From the NCBI GenBank assembly GCA_964016885.1, contig OZ024743.1, positions 202,430,001-202,494,000 of the forward strand: a DNA stretch of 64,000 nt, written 5' to 3'. Positions 54,441-64,000 of the stretch are shown one piece after another. This DNA comes from Eledone cirrhosa (lineage: Eukaryota). Position 1 is the stretch's first letter; each line of letters starts with the position of its first letter. The notes under the pieces were generated by a model that saw nothing but the letters and a program-made list of their open reading frames with translations, ran no database searches and was not told where the DNA came from. The position numbers and the translations under genes are program-made.

Positions 54441-57400
54441 TTAACGGTAATTCACATATTGTGCCAACTTTGCGGGCCAATGGACGCGTCGTCCGCTTCT
54501 CGTGACTGGAGATGAAACAGATGGCTCGCTGGGACAGCAATCCGTTGGAGTTTCTGGTGTAGAGACTGTAACAGTATCAATGATGGCTCTTTTTAATCTG
54601 TCTACCCTGACAGAATTCTGTTTACCATCTAGATCAAGAATAAAATATTTCGGATATTTCTTTAGAACACGATAAGGGCCAGAATATGGAGATCGAAGAT
54701 GAGCTGAGATGGTGTCGTTTCGAACGAAAACGTGTGTCCAATATTTAATGTCTGAAGGTACGTGTGTGGCCGTGTTCTGTTGACGGGTGCTTGCAGGAGC
54801 AAGGTGAGACATATATTGTCGAAGACGGTGTACGTATGATCCTGGGTCTGGAACATCCTGAGGAGAGATGGGAGCAACCATCTGACCAGGTAGAACCAGG
54901 GTGGTGCCGTACACTAATTCTGCAGGTGTGTGTCCGAATTCCTCCTTAACGGTGGATCGAATGCCCAGAAGGATGAGTGGTAGGTATTCAAACCAGTGGG
55001 TCTTGTCTGGATATGCTTTTATTGCAGCTTTCAATTGACGATGGAATCTTTCCACGAGACCATTAGCTTGCGGGTGATAAGCTGTCGTCCGGATGTGTTT
55101 ACATCCTAACAGGCGAGTCAGTTCCCTGAAGTGATGGGTGTCAAATTGGCGTCCTCTGTCCGTTGTTATCTTCGCTGTGGCGCCATAACGTGATACCCAG
55201 TGTAAAACCAAAGTTTTAGCGACTGTTTCCGCTGAGGTATCATTTATGGGAAAAGCCTCAGGCCAACGAGAAAATCGATCTATGCAGGTGAGCAAATGTG
55301 TGTAGTTCTGTGATGGTGGTAGAGGTCCGACGATGTCGATATGCACATGATGAAAACGTGTATCAAGTTGCGCGAATGTGCCGAGTGGAGTTTTGATGTG
55401 TCTGTGGACCTTGGCTTTCTGGCAATGCAGCTCCTGGACCAGTCGCGCACGTCCTTGTTAATGTTAGTCCACACAAAACGAGCAGAGATGAGTTTCTGCG
55501 TAGCCCGGATTCCCGGGTGAGACAAGCAGTGTAAAGCAGAAAAAACTTGTCGAAGATGCATATGTGGTACGTACGGTCGTTCATGACCGGTAGAAACGTC
55601 GCACCAAATTTGTCCCGGAGAAGAAGGAATGGGAACTTGCTAAAACTTGAGGGATGGCGAATCTCGGATCTTGATAAACTCTTCGTCAGTCTCTTGGTCA
55701 GCTGCGATCTGTTGAAGGTCGATGACTGAATGCACATGTATTGCGTTCAGCTGGATTCGGGACAGGGCGTCTGCTGCTACGTTGTCTGATCCCTTGATAT
55801 GCCGAATATCAGTTGAATATTGGGAGACAAAATCCAGGTGTCGGAGTTCTCTCGGTGAATGTCGATCAGGTTTGGTACGGAACGCATAAACTAATGGTTT
55901 ATGGTCCGTGTAGATCACGAAATCTGATCCTTCGAGCATGTGCCGAAAACGCTTAACCGAAAGATAGCTTGCCAAGAGTTCGCGGCCAAACGTACTGCAT
56001 TTCGTTTCTGCCGGTTGCACCGCTTAGAAAAGAAGGATAAGGGTTGCCACACGCCGTTGACATGTTGTAGAACGCCTCCAACCTCCGTGTCTGATGCGTC
56101 CACTAGCAGCGAAAAAGGAGCGCCAGACCTGGGGAAAACGAGCATGGAAGCGTTTGCCAACATTTCTTTCAGGCGGTTAAAAGATGTTAATTCTTCCTCG
56201 TTTAGAGTGATCTCTTCGTTTGTGCGAGTCTGGTTACGAAGAAGGTCTGTGAGGAGTCTGGCTGCGTCGGAATAATGTGGGATGAACCGCCTATAAAAAT
56301 TCACCAGACCGAGGAATTCAAGCAGTTTCCGAAGTGATGTAGGTGCGGGAAAACTGCGGATAGCTTCTACTTTCTCGGGAAGTGGACGAATGCCGTCTTT
56401 ATCGATGATATGCCCGAGAAAGGACAGCGACAGAACGCCGAGAAGGCACTTGCTGGGGTTGATGATGATACTGTACTCAGCCAAACGTCGGAAAAGGAGA
56501 TCTAAGTGCTTTTCGTGTTCATGCTCGGAAGTAATTGCTACCAGCACGTCGTCAATATACGCGTATACGAAGGGTAGATCGCGTAACACGGTGTCAATAA
56601 ACCGCTGAAAAGTTTGTGCAGCGTTGCACAGTCCGAACGGCATTCGCAGGAATTCGAATAAATCGAACGGTGTTGTGATTGCCGTCTTCGGAATGTCTGC
56701 AGGCTCCATAGGTATCTGGTTATATGCACGCACCAAACCTACCTTGGAAAAGATCCGTGCGCCTTGCAGAGAGGCAGAAAAATCGTGCAGGTGAGGTACA
56801 GGGTAATTATCGGGCACTGTAGAATTGTTAAGTGCACGATAATCCCCACATGATCGCCAATCATTCTCGTTTTTTAGGAACAAGGTGTAGGGGTGAAGAC
56901 CAGTTGCTGGAGGAAGGGCGAATGATTCCGAGGTCCAGCATGTGTTGCAACTTCTGCTTGGCGATTTTTAATCGGCCTGGAAGCAGTCTCCTTGGTCGGG
57001 AAGCTGTGGGTGGTCACCTTGTCTCGATGTGGTGCGTGACACTATGCTTAATGGGACCATCCTTAAATACCGGACGAGTGATGTCTGGGTATTTCTGGAG
57101 AATGCCGTTGTATCGCAAAGGCTCTGACTGACAAATTACAGGGCTCACTGTGAATTGTGTGGTAAATATACCTCTCACAGTGACGTTTGTGGTGGTGTCG
57201 ATAAGCCTCCGGTTCTTCATATCCACCAGAAGGTTGAAGTGGTGGAGAAATCGGCTCCTAGGATAGGGGTCGGCAGGTCTGCCACGACGAACACCCATTG
57301 AAAACGCCGCCTCAGGCCTAAATTGAGGGTCAGGGATTTTTCCCCGAAAGTGGGAATTGACGATCGGTTCACTGCCTGTAGAAAGGACGGGGTTGGGTGT

Positions 57401-57500
57401 CTTTTGCCCTAGATTAGTGAAACAGGAATAACACTAACCTGGGCTCCTGTATCCACGAGGTAACGGATGCCTGTCGCCTGGTCGTTAATAAAAAATAGAC
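54441..57500 (-). pseudogene. pol: pol (protease, RT, RNase H, integrase), multiply frameshifted
   Basis: [60 protein letters not shown]. Confidence 0.95.
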
Positions 57501-57549
57501 GACTTTTCTTTTCAGTACCAGGGGTGAACGTCGTCGCCAGGCCCTGGGT

Positions 57550-57822
57550 GGTATTCCGGAAAGAACACGGGGCTTTGCACTTAGATGCCTGTGCGCCGAA
57601 ATTTTAGTGATACCAGCAGAGGTGACCAGGCACACAATTTTGACTGGGACTTCTGGATCTTCGACTGTGAAATAGCCTGGATTGACTGTTGCTGCGTCGC
57701 CGGTGTGTTTGAAAGGTCAGGTTCTCTACTTGATTTGAGAGGGCTTTAATTTGACCAGCCCGCTCTCTGATCATAGCCCGCAGCTCTGAAATATCGGCCT
57801 CTGTCGTTGGCTGTATGTCCAT
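57550..57822 (-). pseudogene. gag: gag C-terminal remnant; capsid region apparently deleted
   Basis: Only ~300 bp lie between the PBS and the CHCC finger; RSRSPS linker present. Confidence 0.75.
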
Positions 57823-57861
57823 GTTGGTATTTTCTAAGGTGCTGTCTGGTTGCGCGTTCGA

Positions 57862-57879
57862 CTCACGTTCGGGTCACCA
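57862..57879 (-). promoter_or_regulatory. Primer-binding site complementary to the tRNA-Trp 3' end
   Basis: TGGTGACCCGAACGTGAG, 2 nt inside the 5' LTR boundary. Confidence 0.85.
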
Positions 57880-57881
57880 AT

Positions 57882-58366
57882 TGTAGCGACGTGGTCACTA
57901 CTTCTGATCAGATCCGAGAATAGCCCTTAGAAGGACTGTTATCGCATACGGTCTGATCAGATCTGAAGATAGCCCTTAAAAGGAATGTTGTCACATATAG
58001 CCCTTAAAAGAACTGTTGAGGATGGACAGACGAAAGCACAAGTTGAAAGGACGAAGCAAGGCGAGATGTAAATTCGATCAGCTATTTATGTTCACATGAA
58101 GCGACGATACGAGGTACAAGGCGTGTGTAAGTGACAAGCGTGGCAGAGGCGAGGAACAACGATACGCGGGTTGACTCTGCCAAATGTCGACTGCTGAAGT
58201 GTTTGGAACCACTCTATTTATACAGAAATAATCGTTTGATGTTTAGCCGCTGTGTAGGCGTTTATTCTGGTAGCTTTTAAGGATTCTTTTGTTTCACGTT
58301 GAGGTAGCTAGCTAACAGGTAGATGGCTCTGTATATTTGACAAATGTTATTTCCGGTGGCTGTAGA
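57882..58366 (-). repeat. 5' LTR
   Basis: Matches 53018-53515 with ~15 substitutions and one 13-bp indel (counted by eye). Confidence 0.95.
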
Positions 58367-58551
58367 TATATATATATATGTATTTATATTTGTATACTTG
58401 ACCGTTGGTCAGTCAATGATAAATATTGAGGACCAAATGAATTAACTGTGGAGATATAAAAGATACAGAAGCGAAAACCAACCTAACAATGAGTGTGTTC
58501 TGTTGCTATTTCTGGTAATATTATTACAACAATATGACCCTCCCCACGTAT

Positions 58552-58588
<37 letters not shown>

Positions 58589-58589
58589 G

Positions 58590-59453
58590 GAACGTGAGTT
58601 TTATTGTAGTACAATAAAGCAATCCATCTCTATTAATAATAATATTCCTAAATTATTCTTAAGTGCCTTAAATAAATGCTTCCCTCCCTCACATATCTAT
58701 AGTAAAATATTTAACACACACACTATAAAATTTTCCTATTCGACCTCCTCCAACATTTCCAACATTATCTCTAAAAACAACAATAAAATACTAAATACTA
58801 AATCTCTTCCTTCCAACACTGAATATCATAATAATAGTAATAGTACTCCCGACGTCATTGTAAACTCTAGGCTAATTTCTGCAAACCCAAATACAACGTC
58901 AAACACAACTTCGCTAAATCAAGAAACTATTATTCCTATCGTAAATAACTTCTCCAATCCAATTCCTTCTATAGATAACACTAAGTCACTCGTTAATAAC
59001 TCTGCTAATCTCTCTAATTGCAATTGCAATTACCCTGTTAAAAATAAATGTCCTCTCAACAACCATTGTCTTGAAAAAAACTTAATCTACGAATGTAAAG
59101 TTATAACAGACACCAATTCCTTCACCTATTTTGGCTCCACTTCCACCTCCTTTAAAGCTCGTCTTTATAATCATCATTCGTCTTTTAAATACCAACTTAA
59201 AAGAACCAACACGCCACTCTCAGAACTCATATGGTCCTTGAAAGACAAACATATTAAATATAACATCTCTTGGAAAAAGGTTTCTTCTGCTTCTCCATAC
59301 TTGAACAGTTCTCTATCCAAGACTTGCAATCTCTGTTTAAATGAAAAATTTACCATTATATCTAATTTCGATTCTATAATAAATAGACGCACTGACTTGT
59401 TTTCTCTCTGCTTGCATAAATTCCACAGAACATTCCATAAAGTATACAGCTAA
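58590..59453 (+). CDS. Naiad-type PLE C-terminal region (thumb/linker plus GIY-YIG); open frame, largely missed by the ORF track
   Basis: Manual translation: NIPKLFLSALNKCFPPSHIYSKIFNTHTIKFSYS...CNCNYPVKNKCPLNNHCLEKNLIY...YFGSTSTSFKARLYNHHSSF...LSELIWSLK...CNLCLNEK...INRRTDLFSLCLH. Confidence 0.85.
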   Translation, partial: EREFYCSTIKQSISINNNIPKLFLSALNKCFPPSHIYSKIFNTHTIKFSYSTSSNISNIISKNNNKILNTKSLPSNTEYHNNSNSTPDVIVNSRLISANPNTTSNTTSLNQETIIPIVNNFSNPIPSIDNTKSLVNNSANLSNCNCNYPVKNKCPLNNHCLEKNLIYECKVITDTNSFTYFGSTSTSFKARLYNHHSSFKYQLKRTNTPLSELIWSLKDKHIKYNISWKKVSSASPYLNSSLSKTCNLCLNEKFTIISNFDSIINRRTDLFSLCLHKFHRTFHKVYS

Positions 59454-60360
59454 TATCTAATACTTTATCAATTTAAAATCCTTTTCTCAAAGGCACATAT
59501 TTATATATACCTCTTTAAAAATATACCCATCTTTCTACCTTATTTCAAAGTTATTTATTATACATTATATAATACTAGTTACTCATTCTATATCACTCCT
59601 ATTTATCACTTCCCTTTCTTCCTTTTCCTTTTCTTTTCCTTTTTCTTTTAATTTCTAACCCCTAATCTGTACCTTTTCTCATTGTGCCTAACATAGAAAC
59701 AATTATTACACAGTACAATATATTCTTACTTTATATCACCTTGAAAAAATCATTCGTAACATAAACATTTTTTTGACGTTAGATTATTCATCCTCAATTC
59801 ATTATTTTTTCTCCCTTTCATGCTCATCTAACTTATTCATCCTATCTTCTACTTCTTTCACAATATATCCTTACTTACATTACTATTGCTTTTTTTCATA
59901 ATACGTATCAACATTTTCTTTCCATCGCACATATTATTAAACCCTTAAATATTATTCTTAATACATATTAACAATTTCTTTTCATCGCACATATTATTAA
60001 ACCCTTCAATATACAAACCTTAACTTAACATTATTTTTCTCTTCGTTAATTTTCAAATTCTTTTAATTTATATATTATCTTCCTACGGTTTTTCAACTTC
60101 TCTATGTAAAACAATATATTTTTCTCAGTTATAAAAGCTATCTCTCTCTCTCTATCACCCATCTCTCCTCCTATCTCATCCTTCCTCATTATTTTCCTCC
60201 CCCTCGACTTTTTACTCTCATCTACTCCTCTTTTTCATCCCCCGCCCCTCAAAAAATCTTTTTTTTCCAATATCACACATCAATCTAAAACTACTTTTCA
60301 TATGTTGATTTAAAACTGCACTATTCACAAGTGTTTTTTAACCTTCATATCATGTCTTCC

Positions 60361-60431
60361 TATTTTATCTGATGAAAACACAAATGTTATTGCATGATGA
60401 TATTTGTTTTTGAAATGCGCATAATAAAATA
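60361..60431 (+). ncRNA. Type I hammerhead ribozyme
   Basis: TATTTTAT-CTGATGA-AAACACAAATGTTAT...ATGATATTTGTTTTT-GAAA-TGCGCAT-A-ATAAAATA. Confidence 0.85.
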
Positions 60432-60467
60432 CATGGAACTCTTTTAACCATCTTTTGATCTTATATG

Positions 60468-60505
<38 letters not shown>

Positions 60506-60508
60506 ATA

Positions 60509-60700
60509 TAGGAACCAGTAAGACCCCGACAGCTGAGCTCAAGCCGTTTCGACGGCTAATTCTGGACTCGAATTAGCCGTCAAAACGGCTTGAGCTCAGC
60601 TGTCGGGGTCTTACTGGTTCCTATTACCCACTCTACTACCTCAAGTATTGAGTACTTTGGTGCGTTATGGTCCACCTGGTTCCTTACCACATTTCCTTCG

Positions 60701-60702
<2 letters not shown>
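60509..60702 (+). mobile_element. Family A pseudo-LTR hairpin copy
   Basis: Palindrome 60509-60623 plus a tail ending TTCCTTCGTT(AT)n. Confidence 0.85.
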
Positions 60703-60762
<60 letters not shown>

Positions 60763-60904
60763 GTTTGTATGTATGTATAAATATGTGTCTATGTTGACAG
60801 ACAGACATATTGATGAGTGGGGTTGAGCTCGTCAAATCGGACCGAGGAAAGAATGTTTCCATTAGTCTTTTCAATTGCTAATAATATATATCGCTCGCAA
60901 CTCC

Positions 60905-61030
60905 AGTCAGACGGAACACCGTGAAATAAAGTGTATTGCTCAAGGATATAACGCATCGCCCGGTCTGGGAATCGAAATCACAACGTCAAGATTGCGAATG
61001 GAATTCTCTAACTACTCAGCCAGGCGCCTT
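60905..61030 (-). mobile_element. Decayed tRNA-derived CORE-type SINE
   Basis: AAGTGTATTGCTCAAGGATATAAC (CORE-like) and GGGAATCGAAA (B box) read on the plus strand as reverse complements. Confidence 0.6.
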
Positions 61031-61291
61031 CACAGACCCACATGTACGCAGTTGCATCAAGAGTGATCAGCTGAACTAGACGAGGATATGGTTAATTGCT
61101 TACGAACTTCATCTCTATTCACTCTCGTTATCCGAGAACAATTTCTAGATGATCGGACTTGTGGTGGGATGTGAGAATGCAGTGTTCGGAAACATGTATA
61201 TTTCGTAGTTTATTCATCGATCACAGCCGTTTTTGAACACAGATATCCGGATAAAATCCTATAAGGATTCATTTGTGATTTGATGATTCTG

Positions 61292-61328
<37 letters not shown>

Positions 61329-62035
61329 TGTTTGTGTTTTTGTGTGTCTGTGTGTATGTGTGTGTGTCCCCGTGTGTGTGTGTGTGTGTGTGTGTGTTTG
61401 TGTTTTTCTGTGTCTGTGTGTGTGTATGTGTGTGTGTCCCCGTGTGTGTGTGTGTGTGTGTGTCCGTGTGTGTGTGTCTGTGTATATAGGTGCGTGTTTG
61501 TGTCTGTCTGGATGTGTGTGTGTGTTCGTGTATGTGTGTGATTGTCTGTGTGTGTGCGTGTGGGTGTGTGTGTGTGTTTGTGTGATTGTCTGTGTGTGTG
61601 CGTGTGGGTGTGTGTGTGTGTTTGTGTGTGTAAATAAGTATGTTGGTTGCCCTAACACATAAACGAAACAGAAAACACTGTACACCAACACTAATAAACA
61701 CCGCTTCACAGACCCGCGACCTTTAATATTGATTGCGTAAAGCAACCAAGGACCGCACCAGCCATCAAATTAGGAAAATAGATGTTTTCATTCAGGAGCT
61801 GTCATATTACGTAGTTTCTGTATCATAAAACTGTTATTGTCTGCAGTGTCTACAACCACTTTACGTAATAGGCCATGTTCTACCTCTTCCTTGCGTATCA
61901 CAACCATAAACACCCACAAACTTACTACTGAAACACAATAAGCACTGAAACATTTAGTCTAACGGCGAGAAGCGTATCAATGCATGCATGTATATATGTA
62001 TGTATGTAAATATACGTGTGTTTGTGTGCGTGTGT

Positions 62036-62085
<50 letters not shown>

Positions 62086-62279
62086 GCAACATTAGTAGAG
62101 AACAAGCTGAAAGAAAGCGAAAGGCATAGTCTTTCGACCAGATTCGACCAGACACATTAAAGCAGGATGATAGATGAAGGTGAGTAATACCGATGATGTG
62201 AACAAGAATGCGGTTTGTAAGAGAAAGGATGCGGCACTGACGAAAGACATAATACTGCTGCGAATAGTCTCAATCACAT

Positions 62280-62860
62280 TCTGAGAATATACGAAAAGAA
62301 AGGAAGAAAAGCATAAGACAATAGAAAGAGAAGTTTGATGTAAGAAAGAAAGAGTCGCATGGAAAGAGTAAACGATCTGTTGTCGACGAAATTCTTCATG
62401 CGTTTATGTTCAAAAATAGCAACATTGACTAAACGAGAACAAAACTTTTATGTTAAACAGCGAAACACGCGGAGACAGTTCAGAAAACAATGCTTAAGTG
62501 AAACCAAGAAAGCTAAGATAATGAAAGTGTTTTTAGATTTTGCTTGCTCGTTATGCACTAAGAATCATTATAATGTTTTATGACTTGTTATTGTTAAAAT
62601 TGATTTCTTATTAATGATGAAGCTGTACTTTATTATTTTATGGTGGTGGTGATTGTGGGTGTTTCTGTAGTTAAAGTGATAGTTTGTGTGCATTGTGATG
62701 TTTGTAGTTGTAATAATGGTGAAAATTCAGTTTGTGTTTCTTGATAATTGTTTTTAATGTTAATTCTTTTAAACTCTCTCTGCAGGTTACAACCAGACCA
62801 TTACTTTCTCGTTTTCGAAAGGGCTCCCTTTTTCTCAATAGCATCATATTTATCTTCATT
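62280..62860 (-). pseudogene. Possible heavily eroded Naiad-type PLE C-terminus
   Basis: Minus-strand remnants RKR..W..P and CLT*KF resemble RKRxIxWFNPP and CLxEK. Confidence 0.35.
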
Positions 62861-63498
62861 AAATTCTCAGTATAGAATCTATTAAACCTTTATCTGTGGT
62901 GACAATGCTATTCAGATACTACTGCGATTCATGTTTCTCAGATTGATACTATTTACTATTTATTTTACAGCTCAAACTACCCATCATTCTCTGGATTAGA
63001 TAATCCTATAAATAGAAATAAAGATGTTGATATTTTCATTGTTGTTATAGTGATGGGTGGCAGAAACCCTTCTGTTATTTTCTCTCAATTAACCAGAAAG
63101 GGAAATGTGACACCCTAACTAGTGCCGGTGACTGAATATTTAGCGTCCTAATGTCGCTCTATAGTTACGTATGCCATTTCTCCCAAATAAAAGCATTTCA
63201 AATTATAGTTCGTTACCTGACATAACTAAACGTTAATACGTCTTGCTTGGATTAACGATGTACATTACTAAATAATTTACACTCATCCACGTGTAATCAT
63301 GTAACAGATCATGAATATATATGAGGCTATCAAGCACTTTGGTTATCTCCACAATGCTGGTACGTGGCAAAAATTATTAACCAAAAATTATCGATCCCAT
63401 TAAATTATTTTATTTAATTATACATATTTGTATAATATTATGATACTTTAAGATTCAGTAATGCGCCGCTCTAAACTCTGCGTCCGAGGTGGCTGCCT

Positions 63499-63544
63499 AG
63501 TTGTCGTTGATGGTAGCAGTGGCCTGCTACCATCAACGACAACT
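63499..63544. repeat. Perfect 21-bp-stem hairpin with a 4-nt loop
   Basis: AGTTGTCGTTGATGGTAGCAG-TGGC-CTGCTACCATCAACGACAACT. Confidence 0.95.
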
Positions 63545-64000
63545 TTCTAAAGTTTCTGTTGTGTTAGATGAAAGTCTGGAGTTACCTTCAGACTGGACAA
63601 CTACGCTAAAGGCAGGAAAAAGACACATAATAGTGATAAATCTTGTAAGGATGATCGCCTAACATAAAAAAGGGATGTGCATGATTGGTAGAATGACCGA
63701 CAAATAAAATATACTCATATATACGTGTATTGCCCCATGTTGAATTTACACGCGGTCTAGTATACAAAGAGGTACCTTGTAGAAACACTGGATGAATTCG
63801 TATTTAGATATACTATTATAAGAACACAAGCGCATACTCACACACATAAATACATACATTCACACAGACACACACATACATACGCAAACACACACACATA
63901 CACACACACATATATATATCTATCTGTATATATAATAAGTTGACGGGACTAATATCAGTTTCTCTACTAGTACCGGTTGCAAAATTATTTGCTTCAATAC

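Larger units (their letters stand above)
53018..58366 (-). mobile_element. Gypsy/Ty3 LTR retrotransposon, CsRn1-like clade, defective
   Basis: Two LTRs, TATA on both flanks, tRNA-Trp PBS, PPT, gag CHCC motif (CWYH..FG..A.KC..PC), and PR-RT-RH-IN order. Confidence 0.95.
58587..60470 (+). mobile_element. 5'-truncated Naiad-type PLE in (TA)n, with ~1-kb 3' UTR/pseudo-LTR
   Basis: CDS above, HHR at 60361, and (TA)n on both sides. Confidence 0.85.

Noticed and set aside
58590-60470. Selenoprotein-type Naiad (in-frame UGA plus SECIS)
   Set aside because: All Cys codons in the visible frame are TGT/TGC, with no in-frame TGA and no convincing SECIS by eye.
62120-62270. Hammerhead halves GGCACTGACGA (plus) and GAAAGACTATGCC (minus)
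   Set aside because: The two halves are on opposite strands and cannot form one RNA as assembled.

Overview
This is AT-rich, microsatellite-saturated eukaryotic intergenic or intronic DNA. The SINE repertoire and composition suggest a cephalopod such as Octopus, but that is inference. I could not support any host protein-coding gene, and nearly all long ORFs in the track are (TA)n/(TG)n translation artefacts. The window is a retroelement graveyard containing: a 5'-truncated Neptune-type Penelope-like element (PLE; 11.4-13.0 kb), a 5'-truncated Naiad-type PLE (58.6-60.5 kb), a decayed Tx1/L1 LINE (39.1-44.2 kb), a CsRn1-clade Gypsy LTR element with a tRNA-Trp PBS (53.0-58.4 kb), a CRE fragment, several eroded RT fossils, tRNA-derived SINEs, and an RTE-tailed family in (CATA)n. 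The main unannotated signal is a dense set of type I hammerhead ribozyme (HHR) modules between (TA)n tracts, including a ~320-bp tandem retrozyme-like unit with a U3-A8 core. Many insertions share one architecture: (TA)n, short inverted arm, turn, long arm running to the element 3' end, (TA)n. Arms range from ~9-21 bp at the 5' junctions of both coding PLEs to ~3.2 kb in a 7-kb near-perfect inverted repeat at 13.6-20.7 kb. This points to cDNA fold-back self-priming during PLE integration. All folds and alignments were done by eye.
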